Shown here: positions 45,344-54,481 of the stretch, piece after piece
Layout of the letters: the number at the start of each line of letters is the position of its first letter
Position numbering within the stretch: position 1 is the stretch's first letter
Assembly: GCA_004292675.1 (NCBI GenBank)
Contig: RDXO01000017.1
Span: 17,099 to 81,098 of the forward strand
Source: Alphaproteobacteria bacterium
GTDB taxonomy: Bacteria > Pseudomonadota > Alphaproteobacteria > Rickettsiales > UBA998
Length of the DNA stretch: 64,000 nt
Direction: 5' to 3'
Made by a program: the position numbers and the translations under genes
The notes under the pieces: model-generated
The model's input: only the letters and a program-made list of their open reading frames with translations
The model's database searches: none
What the model was told of the DNA's origin: nothing

Positions 45344-46513
45344 TCAGCCAAGTGCGATAGGAGCAGATTGTTCTTGTGCAACGCTCTCAGCCCAGTTTTG
45401 TTGCCCTGCACCGCGTGGTGTTAAGCCGCGAGCTGCCATTTTTTGTTGCCAACTCATGGTAGCACCCATTTGTAGGTTTTGCGCGATCATATCCGCTTGA
45501 CGGGCTTGTTCGTTTGTGTCAAAGGTGGCATTTTGAAGTTGCTCAATTTGTCCATCTAATGCATTGAGACGTTCAACGCGCCCCGCATTTTGATCCATAA
45601 CATGCTTTAATGCCAGTGCCGTACCGACAGCAGCAATAGTACCTGCGGTGACTTTGCCTGCAACGCCAACTCGTGCCTTTACATTGTCATAAAATTGCGT
45701 TCGTTGCGTGTCATTTAATGTTTCAATTTTTAGTTTTTGAAATTCTTGTGCAGCTCCCTCAGCAGCTCCTTCTGCTCCCGCCACGTTCGTTGCATCAAAT
45801 GCTTTTTTGGCTTCTTTGTTGATTTTGTCTAAAACAGGATTTTCAAACAATACCTCACGTGCTGCGTTGAGACCTTTCCCAATAATATTGGTGGTTTCTT
45901 TCGCGTCCGTTTTAGCAGCTTCAAGTAATTTGGTGGATAAATCACCCATATTAGTTTCAGCAGCTTTTAGAACATCCTCTATTCTAGCTCCCGGCTTAAG
46001 ATTTTGAACTGCTGGGTTGTCTAATAGTTCTTTAAGTGCTTCTTGCGTTTTAGGATTCTTATCAAGTTTTTCGACGGATTTCTTAAGTTGCTCAAGCGTC
46101 TGACCTTCGCCAAAATGCGCACCAAAAGAGTTCAAGAATTTTTCTAAAAAATTCAACTGATCAGGAGTGCGCGTTTGCACCAATTTTTCTGCTTGTGATT
46201 TAATGGCATCAGCACTAGCGAAATTGGAAATAGAATCAACAGCACGCTTCCCTATTTCATTCCCTGCATACATACCAACGCCTGCAACTGCAGCAGTCTT
46301 TACTAAGCCCATCGGCTTGTCTGCGCGAACGCGCTCCGCTTCGATGGCGTTTTGCTGTGTAGTCAAGCCCCGCGATTGTTCACGCAACCCTTCCGCAGCA
46401 TAAGCAAGTTGTTGGGCTTGCATGAATTGTTGCATCGTTTCTTGATCCACGCCAGCCTGTTGTAGTTGTTCTACCATCTGTGCTTGTTGCGCTTGTTGTT
46501 GGGTGTTTTCCAT
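45344..46513 (-). CDS. Orphan Gln-rich protein with two Gly/Ala hydrophobic segments; candidate effector
   Basis: AGGAG before ATG 46513; ends QNWAESVAQEQSAPIALG. Confidence 0.78.
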   Translation of the reverse strand: MENTQQQAQQAQMVEQLQQAGVDQETMQQFMQAQQLAYAAEGLREQSRGLTTQQNAIEAERVRADKPMGLVKTAAVAGVGMYAGNEIGKRAVDSISNFASADAIKSQAEKLVQTRTPDQLNFLEKFLNSFGAHFGEGQTLEQLKKSVEKLDKNPKTQEALKELLDNPAVQNLKPGARIEDVLKAAETNMGDLSTKLLEAAKTDAKETTNIIGKGLNAAREVLFENPVLDKINKEAKKAFDATNVAGAEGAAEGAAQEFQKLKIETLNDTQRTQFYDNVKARVGVAGKVTAGTIAAVGTALALKHVMDQNAGRVERLNALDGQIEQLQNATFDTNEQARQADMIAQNLQMGATMSWQQKMAARGLTPRGAGQQNWAESVAQEQSAPIALG

Positions 46514-46550
46514 AGAGGAATAGCTCCTAGCTTTTTGTTCTATCCCTTTC

Positions 46551-46584
46551 ACTATAATCTAAAGCTGTTACAGATTCGTTACAA
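46551..46584 (-). promoter_or_regulatory. Pho-box-like repeat TTGTAAC-GAAT-CTGTAAC, 10 nt spacer, -10 TATAGT
   Basis: Box 46584-46567, hexamer 46556-46551, ATG 46513. Confidence 0.65.
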
Positions 46585-46615
46585 TGCACAGGATTTTTTT
46601 AAGAAAATGTTCTTT

Positions 46616-48226
46616 CTACTTCAAACGTTCATAGGCAGGTAGCGTCAGGAACTCCACATAATCCGCATTGAGTGTTTGTTGTTCAAGCATTTGTGCAGCA
46701 GGGATATAAAGCCCAGCGGCATAAACATCTGATCCTACTTGTGCTTCAATCGCTTTGAGTTCTTCCGCAATAACGCGTTTGAGTAATAGCACATCAATAA
46801 CGCGCCCATCTTCGAGCGTGCCTTCATGATGCACCCATTGCCATAATTGCGTGCGCGATATTTCTGCCGTGGCAGCATCTTCCATCAGGTTGAAGATCGG
46901 CACGCAGCCATTGCCCGCCATCCATGATGCCATATATTGAATGCACACATTAACATTGTTGCGTAGTCCCGCCTCGGTGATTGTGCCTTGTGGTACGCGT
47001 AGCAAATCTTCTGCCGTCACATGCACCGCAGGGCGCGCTTTATCGACTTGATTCGGTGTAGGCATATGCTCATTAAACACTGCCATCGCGGTGGGAATGA
47101 GACCCGGATGCGCCACCCATGTACCATCATGCCCAAACGTCACTTCACGGAGTTTATCCGCACGTACCTTATCAAGTGCGGCTTGGTTAGCAGCATCATC
47201 CCCTTTAATCGGGATTTGTGGTGCCATCCCCCCCATGGCAAATGCGCCACGTTCATGGCAGGTTTGAATCAATAATTGTGCATAGGATTGTAAGAAGTGC
47301 GTTGTCATCGTCACTTGGGCGCGATCAGGCAACATAAATTCGGAATGTTTATTGAATTTTTTGACAAAGCTAAAAATATAATCCCAACGTCCGCAATTTA
47401 AGCCAACGGCATAATCCTTCAAATGCCACAATATCTCATGCATTTGGAAGACGGCGGAGATTGTTTCAATCAGGATGGTGGCTTTAATCGTGCCTTTTGG
47501 CAATCCGATATATTCTTCAGAGAACGCGAAGATTTTTGCCCAGAATGCCGCTTCTTCGTAATATTCCAATTTTGGCAGATAAAAGAACGGTCCTGTACCA
47601 CGTTCTGCTTGATAATGGGCATTATGAAAGAAGAATAAGCCAAAATCGAGCAACGCACCCGCTAAGGGTCTGCCGTTATATATGACGTGCTTTTCAGGTA
47701 AATGCCAACCGCGTGGGCGTACAATCAAGGTTGCGATGTCGTTATTTAATGTGTAGCTTTTGCCTTCAGGGGAGTTATAACGTAATTGGTGACGTACAGC
47801 ATCATAGAGCGCGCCTTGCCCTTCTACGATTTTTTCCCATGTAGGGCTTAAGGAATCCTCAAAATCCACCATAAAGACTTTTGCGCCTGAATTTAAGGCA
47901 TTGATGATCATTTTTGGTTCGGCTGGACCTGTGATTTCAACGCGACGATCCTGCAATGCGTGCGGAATGGGTGCAACGCTCCATGCTGATTCACGGATAT
48001 GCGCTGTTTCGGGGCGAAAATCAAGGCTTCCTTCTGCATCGACTGCTTTTTGACGTTCCTTGCGTGTTGCCAGCAACTGATCACGTTCAGGCATAAAACG
48101 ATCCGCGAGTGCTTCGATAAATGCAAGTGCCTCCTTGCTGTATATTGCAGCATAATGTTCTGCAACAGGTAAGGTCAGCGTGAGTTTTGATGAAACGTGA
48201 GCAGCATGGGAAGAGGCAAGAGTCAT
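46616..48226 (-). CDS. aceB: Malate synthase A
   Basis: DRRVEITGP, DFEDS, IVRPRGWHL, GLNCGRWDYIFS, LMEDAATAEISR; MSA length; ATG 48226 after AAGGA. Confidence 0.96.
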   Translation of the reverse strand: MTLASSHAAHVSSKLTLTLPVAEHYAAIYSKEALAFIEALADRFMPERDQLLATRKERQKAVDAEGSLDFRPETAHIRESAWSVAPIPHALQDRRVEITGPAEPKMIINALNSGAKVFMVDFEDSLSPTWEKIVEGQGALYDAVRHQLRYNSPEGKSYTLNNDIATLIVRPRGWHLPEKHVIYNGRPLAGALLDFGLFFFHNAHYQAERGTGPFFYLPKLEYYEEAAFWAKIFAFSEEYIGLPKGTIKATILIETISAVFQMHEILWHLKDYAVGLNCGRWDYIFSFVKKFNKHSEFMLPDRAQVTMTTHFLQSYAQLLIQTCHERGAFAMGGMAPQIPIKGDDAANQAALDKVRADKLREVTFGHDGTWVAHPGLIPTAMAVFNEHMPTPNQVDKARPAVHVTAEDLLRVPQGTITEAGLRNNVNVCIQYMASWMAGNGCVPIFNLMEDAATAEISRTQLWQWVHHEGTLEDGRVIDVLLLKRVIAEELKAIEAQVGSDVYAAGLYIPAAQMLEQQTLNADYVEFLTLPAYERLK

Positions 48227-48382
48227 AAAGCGTTCCTTGAATTCTGAAAATGAACAATGCGTCATCTTAACAAGAAGTGATCACAGGAGCAAGCAGGAAT
48301 TACAAGACGGGGGTGTTATTTCAATCTTTGCGTGGCACATGAGCCATGCAAAAAATGCATTGCACTATTTTTGTCGATGCGA

Positions 48383-48400
48383 CTGTCATTTAATCTTCAC
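48383..48400 (+). promoter_or_regulatory. Pho-box-like repeat CTGTCAT-TTAA-TCTTCAC
   Basis: Upstream of orphan ATG 48471; TATAAT at 48444 is not at the 10-nt spacing. Confidence 0.5.
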
Positions 48401-48470
48401 ATTTATGCTGCGGTTACGCCTATCATTTTGCGCCACACAATGGTATAATGCTAACTATTCAAGGCAATGT

Positions 48471-50525
48471 ATGACACAAAATATACTGAACCAACAACGT
48501 GATTCTCTTGCGTGTACCGAAACGCCAGTAGGCAAATTGATCGCGCAAGGGCTAGAGTTCGCACTCGGTAAACATAGCGACAAGCCTGATATTGTCTATA
48601 AACATAGTGGATCACCTGCTGAAGTGCAGAAAAATAATCGCCTTGTCTATGGTGATGGGCGTGAGCTAGAGATCGCACCTTTACGCGCTCCTGATAATGA
48701 AAATCCTATCCATATGGTAAGTACTGTTCTTCCCACCACACCGGGATATTTTCGCTTGCTTAGCCCGATGTTGGGGATACGCTATTCTGTTGATGCGGTA
48801 ACAAAAGTTGGATTGGATTTGTTCGCTCGTGAAAAGGGCTGTTTGGAATTTTTGTTTGCAAAGCCCATCAAAGAAAGCGTCACTCTTATAGAGAGTGTTG
48901 CCAAAGATATGGCGAAAAACGCGAAAAATATGGGAGGTAATTTTGCAACTGTTCACGCCAATATCACTAAGGATGCTAGCTATGAGTCTCTTACCCACGC
49001 TATTGATCCGAAAATGCTTCAAAAAGTGCAGGATGTTCTTGCGTCCTCTGGAAAATTAGGTCATTGGGAAAAGGATTTGCGATCATTGACGACGCAATAT
49101 TATGCGCAATCAATGCTTCCTGATCCTGAAGCATTATCCCTGCTTCCAGATAATATAAGTGCTGGAAATTTTTTGGCTCAGTCGAAAGGAAATTTCGCAC
49201 AATCGCTAAAAGATCGTAGCGATAAACTCGAATCGATGTATAATCGTACCTTTTTTGATAGCGCGCTTGGAGCATTAAGTTTTGGCGCGACATGGTATTA
49301 TGCCCGTCGTGTGTATGAAGATATTCACAACACCTATGCTGAAACGGTTGCGTATGAACTCTATGATGAAAATAAGAAGGATGTCACCATAACGGCGGTG
49401 GATTTAGCGTGTTCGCAAAATAAAATGGTTAAGGAAACGTGGGATAATTTTGTTGCAAAAAATGTAGCACGCGTGGCAACGGATATTGGGTTTTTCGGGC
49501 GCGCTATTGCGCATGGTGTTTCTGCTGTCTGTGAACAAGCCAATATTCCTGTCCATCCTCTGATTCAGTATGCGAAGAATAATGTGCCTTTTGGGGATCT
49601 TATGCTTGGGGTGAAATCCCTCATGTTGGTATCGGAAACCCAACGTACCAAGACCTCGATGCTGGATGATTTGCAAAATTTGATTGATCATAAGTTCAAT
49701 CCACAGCATGGCATGGGAATCCCTATCACTGCGGGTGATCTGCTTGATATTTATCAGAAATATCAAGAAATTCATCATCCAGAACGTGTCTTAAAAGATG
49801 TCACGCATCATGATCGAGAAGATACCACGGAGTCACGGCAAGCATACAGAATATTCTCGCGCATGGCCGATATGATGAATCAGAATTATAAATATAAGCA
49901 TTTTTCTGATCCTGCACAAGACCCCATTGAATACATTAATATGCAGATATTGGCAAAGCATGAATATTTCAGCTTGCCGAAATTCTTCTTTCTATTGGGG
50001 CATGATTTGATTGATCTAACAAAGCCTGAACGCACTATTGCATTGGCAGAAGTTGCTAACCTTTATAGTATTCAGTGCGTTAAAGAAATAGTTCGGTTGG
50101 AGCGTGACCATCCTAATTCGCCGTTCGTGGATTTATTGGAGCATTACCCTGTGAATGTGGTGCGTACTTTGGGAAGTGATACGTCTCCTGAATTTGTTCG
50201 CATGAGTGAAGTGAATGAGCGTGTAGAACGTGGTATTATTCATACATTTTTAGATCATCCGCATAATCAGGAAATCAAGGATTTATATAATAAAATTGCG
50301 GTTCATAATCAGCATAATGGCGCAGGAGCGCATGAAAATATCGCAGAACATATGCACCGTATACAACATTTGATGGAAAATGCCGCTATTTGCACCTCGG
50401 GGCAGATATTGCCTGCTGAGGCGCAACCATCCTTTGGGCGTGAAACACCAGATCATCGTGTGGTGGAAGCCTCACGTGAGCCAATGCACCCCGCCATTAC
50501 GCCGTCAGCGCGTTTTATACGTTGA
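48471..50525 (+). CDS. Orphan hypothetical protein
   Basis: ATG 48471 after AAGG (the ORF-track start overlaps the aceB upstream region); 684 aa. Confidence 0.78.
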   Translation: MTQNILNQQRDSLACTETPVGKLIAQGLEFALGKHSDKPDIVYKHSGSPAEVQKNNRLVYGDGRELEIAPLRAPDNENPIHMVSTVLPTTPGYFRLLSPMLGIRYSVDAVTKVGLDLFAREKGCLEFLFAKPIKESVTLIESVAKDMAKNAKNMGGNFATVHANITKDASYESLTHAIDPKMLQKVQDVLASSGKLGHWEKDLRSLTTQYYAQSMLPDPEALSLLPDNISAGNFLAQSKGNFAQSLKDRSDKLESMYNRTFFDSALGALSFGATWYYARRVYEDIHNTYAETVAYELYDENKKDVTITAVDLACSQNKMVKETWDNFVAKNVARVATDIGFFGRAIAHGVSAVCEQANIPVHPLIQYAKNNVPFGDLMLGVKSLMLVSETQRTKTSMLDDLQNLIDHKFNPQHGMGIPITAGDLLDIYQKYQEIHHPERVLKDVTHHDREDTTESRQAYRIFSRMADMMNQNYKYKHFSDPAQDPIEYINMQILAKHEYFSLPKFFFLLGHDLIDLTKPERTIALAEVANLYSIQCVKEIVRLERDHPNSPFVDLLEHYPVNVVRTLGSDTSPEFVRMSEVNERVERGIIHTFLDHPHNQEIKDLYNKIAVHNQHNGAGAHENIAEHMHRIQHLMENAAICTSGQILPAEAQPSFGRETPDHRVVEASREPMHPAITPSARFIR

Positions 50526-50617
50526 CTTGATGCACTTTCTTGATTAGTGTATTGCACGTTTGACTTCCCATAATGTTTGGGAGTAATGTTCTACATTGAA
50601 ACTAGGAATCATACCGT

Positions 50618-51316
50618 ATGGATTATGCATTAATCGGCAGTTTTGCATCACTCACCGCCCTTGAAATTGTTCTGGGGATTGATAATGTCATATTCATTGC
50701 CTTGTTGGTAGGACATTTGCCTGAGACTCAAAAAAACAAAGCGCGCATTATTGGTTTGGTGCTGGCTCTGTTGATGCGTATTGGTATGTTGTTTGGGGTT
50801 GCATGGATTATTGGCTTAAAAGATCCGTGGCTGCATGTGATGGGACATGGCTTTTCAGGAAAAGATTTGTTGATGCTTGCGGGGGGCTTATTCTTGCTGT
50901 ATAAAGCGACTGATAGCATCCATAATGAACTCACGCAAGAACATGTTGAACATTATCAATCCTATAAAGGTGGCTTTATTGCGACAATTTTACAAATTGT
51001 GATGATTGATATTGTATTTTCCTTTGATTCTGTGATTACAGCGGTGGGTATAACGGAGCATTTGCCTGTGATTATTGCTGCCATGACGATTGCCATGATG
51101 GTGATGCTTGCATCTTCGGGTATGATAGCAGGCTTTATCGCGAAACATCCAACCCTTAAAATGCTTGCGTTAAGTTTTGTGATGATGATTGGTATGCTGC
51201 TTGTGGCCGATAGTATGCATGTTGAAGTTCCGAAAGCCTATATTTATAGTGCGATGGCATTCTCATTGAGTGTGGAAATTCTCAATCTTGTGGTACGCAA
51301 AAAGCGTGGGAAATAA
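50618..51316 (+). CDS. TerC family membrane protein
   Basis: LEIVLGIDN, DIVFSFDSVITAVG, HPTLKMLALSF, PKAYIY.AMAFS. Confidence 0.93.
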   Translation: MDYALIGSFASLTALEIVLGIDNVIFIALLVGHLPETQKNKARIIGLVLALLMRIGMLFGVAWIIGLKDPWLHVMGHGFSGKDLLMLAGGLFLLYKATDSIHNELTQEHVEHYQSYKGGFIATILQIVMIDIVFSFDSVITAVGITEHLPVIIAAMTIAMMVMLASSGMIAGFIAKHPTLKMLALSFVMMIGMLLVADSMHVEVPKAYIYSAMAFSLSVEILNLVVRKKRGK

Positions 51317-51388
51317 ATGTAAATGCGCGATCATGCGATCGTTGTTTTATCATTGAAACTATAAAGGTTCATCTTATATACTAACATT

Positions 51389-52504
51389 ATGAGTGATCCC
51401 GTATGTACCTTTTCTGCCCTTGAGCAAATTATCCGTGAACGTATTAAGGCGCGTGGTGCGATTACTGTTGCTGAATATATGGATATGGCATTGGGGCATG
51501 AACAATATGGCTATTATATGAACCGTGATCCGTTTGGGGAGCATGGGGATTTTACCACAGCACCAGAGATATGTCAGATCTTCGGGGAATTGATAGGGGC
51601 ATGGTGTGCGGCGGTGTGGCAATCACTTGGCAGCAGACCCATGATGTTGATGGAATTGGGAGGGGGGCGCGGCACGTTGATGACGGATTTGTTGCGTGCT
51701 ACCCGTCATGTGCATGGCTTTCATGAAGCACTCACGATTGTGATGGTGGATGCAAGCCCTTTTTTGCGTCGGTTTCAGCGCGCTGTGTTGCATGGGATGC
51801 ATCCGCGTATTCGTTGGCAGGCGAATATTGAAGCACTTCCCGATCTTCCGCTTTTATGTATTGCCAATGAGTTTTTTGATGCATTGCCTATTCGGCAATA
51901 TGCTAAAACACTTACAGGCTTGCGCGAGCGTTTAGTTGCCATTGATCCGCACACGAATGAACTTACTTTTGTAATGCATGATATGGGCATTAAATTGGTA
52001 AAGGGGGGAGGGCATAGCACGGAAACCGTGCATGATAGTCAGATTATAGAATCATGTCCCGCGATGCGTCATATTGCTACACATTTAGCGCATCATATGC
52101 AACGTCATGGTGGGGCAGGATTATTCATTGATTATGGCTATCGCGGTGAGAGTCGGGGCAATACGCTACAAGCGATTAAAACGCACGGTTTTTGGCCTGT
52201 GTTAAAATCTCCGGGGGATGCGGATATTACGGCGCATGTGGCATTTGATGATTTAGCCCATACCTTTGAGGAGGCAGGGCTTGCCTCTACCTCTATCACC
52301 ACTCAAGGAGCGTTTTTGCAAAGCATTGGTGGCGTGATGCGCTTGGGGCATTTGCTTGCTGAAACGCATAAGGAAGAACAAAAAAAGCAGTTGCGTACAG
52401 GGTTTGAACGGTTGGTTAGCCCGCAATATATGGGAGAATTATTTAAGGTTTTGGGCGTGTGTTCCAATGGGCAGTTCCATCTTCCTGGATTTGCCGATAG
52501 CTAA
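51389..52504 (+). CDS. Class I SAM-dependent methyltransferase, MidA/NDUFAF7 family
   Basis: GYY...PFG..GDFTTAPEI, ELGGGRGTL, ANEFFDALP, DYG, PG.ADITAHV.F, MGELFKV. Confidence 0.92.
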   Translation: MSDPVCTFSALEQIIRERIKARGAITVAEYMDMALGHEQYGYYMNRDPFGEHGDFTTAPEICQIFGELIGAWCAAVWQSLGSRPMMLMELGGGRGTLMTDLLRATRHVHGFHEALTIVMVDASPFLRRFQRAVLHGMHPRIRWQANIEALPDLPLLCIANEFFDALPIRQYAKTLTGLRERLVAIDPHTNELTFVMHDMGIKLVKGGGHSTETVHDSQIIESCPAMRHIATHLAHHMQRHGGAGLFIDYGYRGESRGNTLQAIKTHGFWPVLKSPGDADITAHVAFDDLAHTFEEAGLASTSITTQGAFLQSIGGVMRLGHLLAETHKEEQKKQLRTGFERLVSPQYMGELFKVLGVCSNGQFHLPGFADS

Positions 52505-52762
52505 ATCTTGGGTTTTTACGGAATTTTGGTGATACTCTAGGTTAGGAATGTCACAGATACGATGAAAAAGTGGTGTATTGCTATGTTTTTTAGAGAAATC
52601 GCATGGTTTTGTTAGGAAAGAAGTTGTGAGTGCTTAAAAATAAGCGTATAGTCTTACGTGAGTGTATGCACTATTATGTACGTGTGGTGGGTGCGCTTCC
52701 GTCAAGGGTTTTGTATAAACAATCTTTGCGGTTTTATTATTTTTTATCAAGAGAGTTTATTT

Positions 52763-52969
52763 ATGGCAGTGGGTACTGTGAAGTGGTTTAACACAGAAAA
52801 AGGTTATGGTTTTATCATGCCTGAAGATGGTTCAAAAGATGTATTTGTGCATATTACATCCGTTGAGCGTGCAGGGATTAATCGTTTGAATGAAGGTCAG
52901 CGCGTTTCTTATGAGTTGGCTCAAAATAAAGGAAAAGAGTCAGCGGTAAATCTTCAACTGGTTGCATAA
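52763..52969 (+). CDS. Cold-shock protein
   Basis: GTVKWFN..KGYGFI, DVFVH. Confidence 0.95.
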   Translation: MAVGTVKWFNTEKGYGFIMPEDGSKDVFVHITSVERAGINRLNEGQRVSYELAQNKGKESAVNLQLVA

Positions 52970-53017
52970 ACCAACCACATAACCCTTCAGCTAGGCTCTA
53001 TTAGAGGTATGCTATTT

Positions 53018-53224
53018 ATGAAAAATTGCACATTAATATGTCTAGCTGTTGTGGTGTTGTGTTGTTCGCTCTCTGGGTGTGGACAACGCAAGCGTTCCGC
53101 CGATATTCGGTCGAACTGGAATAATATCAATATCGAATCTCGCCACCGTAAGCATGATGGTATGCAACAAGATTTCGGTGAACCACATTGCCCATCGGGC
53201 TTTTCTAATAAGGGCTGGTGTTGA
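53018..53224 (+). CDS. Small lipoprotein
   Basis: Lipobox LSGC; C-terminal HCPSG...KGWC; alternative start 53009. Confidence 0.6.
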   Translation: MKNCTLICLAVVVLCCSLSGCGQRKRSADIRSNWNNINIESRHRKHDGMQQDFGEPHCPSGFSNKGWC

Positions 53225-53339
53225 CGAATGGGGTGTGCATAGAGTAATTTATCTCAAAATTTCCTCGGTTTTTGGGGAAAACTTAAGTTGAGAAATTGCT
53301 ATAAGGCATTATAATATATAACAATCCCTATAAGGAACT

Positions 53340-54479
53340 ATGCGTAAAATTGCCATTAAAATGTTATTGGGCGACTCCGCTAAATATATTGGTCTTGTGT
53401 TTGGTGTCACCTTTGCAACACTCCTTATGGCGCAGCAGGTCTCAATCTTCATTGGTTTGATGGCGCGCACAGCGGGTGCGATTTATGCGATTACAGAAAA
53501 TGATATTTGGGTAATGGATAAACGCGTGCGCTATATCGAAGAAGTTGAGCCAATGCGTGACGTGGAACTTACCAATATCCGATCCGTGGCAGGGGTGCAA
53601 TGGGCTGTACCTTTTTATAAGGGGCTTTCGACGATTCGTATGCCTGATGGTGTCACGCAGCAAGTGCAGCTTATTGGGGTGGATGATGTGACGTTGGTGG
53701 GGAATTGTCCGCAAAAAATCTTAGGTGATCCGACTTCCATACGCAACCCACAAACAGCCATGATGGATCTCAACGGTTATGCTTTTACATGGCCAGGCAA
53801 GAAAGTTCAGCTTGGGAATTATATTGAGCTGAACGACAACCGACTGATTGTCAATGCTATTTGTGATGTGCATCCAACCTTTTTCACCTTCCCTATTTTA
53901 TATGTTTCCTATGACACGGTGCGTGATATGATGCCACCACAGCGTAACCGTTTGCCCTTTGTTTTGGTGAAAGCGCAGGCAGGGCAGGATGTGCAGCAAT
54001 TAACCAAAGCGATTGAAGCGCAAACAGGGCTGCAAGCACTCACGCGTGATGATTTTGCGTGGCGCAGCATTCATTATATTTTGGAGCGCACGGGGATTCC
54101 CATCAATTTTGGTATTACCATTGTGTTGGGGGCGATTATCGGAGCAGCCATCACGGCGCAGACTTTTTATATATTCGTGGTGGAAAATCTCAAACAATTT
54201 GCGGCCATGAAAGTGGTGGGTGTGACCAACATGCAATTATTCAAATTGGTGATGACGCAAGCGGCCATCGTTGGATTGATTGGCTATGGCATGGGCATTG
54301 GTTTTACGGCATTGTTCTTTGAAGCGACGAAGAATACGCCCGCCCTCAAAGGCTTTGTCTTGCATTGGCAGGTGATGGGGGGAACATTTGTGGTGATTTC
54401 CATCATTATTGTGTTTTCGATTCTATTTTCCTTGCGTAAAGTCTTCAGGCTTGATCCAGCCATTGTCTTTCGGGGATAG
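53340..54479 (+). CDS. ABC transporter permease (FtsX/MacB-like, DevC-type)
   Basis: N-terminal TM, periplasmic domain, 3 C-terminal TMs, DPAIVFRG. Confidence 0.88.
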   Translation: MRKIAIKMLLGDSAKYIGLVFGVTFATLLMAQQVSIFIGLMARTAGAIYAITENDIWVMDKRVRYIEEVEPMRDVELTNIRSVAGVQWAVPFYKGLSTIRMPDGVTQQVQLIGVDDVTLVGNCPQKILGDPTSIRNPQTAMMDLNGYAFTWPGKKVQLGNYIELNDNRLIVNAICDVHPTFFTFPILYVSYDTVRDMMPPQRNRLPFVLVKAQAGQDVQQLTKAIEAQTGLQALTRDDFAWRSIHYILERTGIPINFGITIVLGAIIGAAITAQTFYIFVVENLKQFAAMKVVGVTNMQLFKLVMTQAAIVGLIGYGMGIGFTALFFEATKNTPALKGFVLHWQVMGGTFVVISIIIVFSILFSLRKVFRLDPAIVFRG

Positions 54480-54481
54480 CC

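Noticed and set aside
12354-52504. Several homologs of mitochondrial proteins (ELM1, frataxin, NDUFAF5, NDUFAF7)
   Set aside because: Ordinary alphaproteobacterial genes, unlinked here; no evidence of a functional cluster or eukaryotic transfer.
25616-52554. Additional TGTCAC/GTAAC half-sites (25616, 28691, 32009, 38794, 52548)
   Set aside because: Single half-sites or wrong periodicity; not counted as boxes, although 32009 precedes an orphan and has CAGTCT 10 nt downstream.
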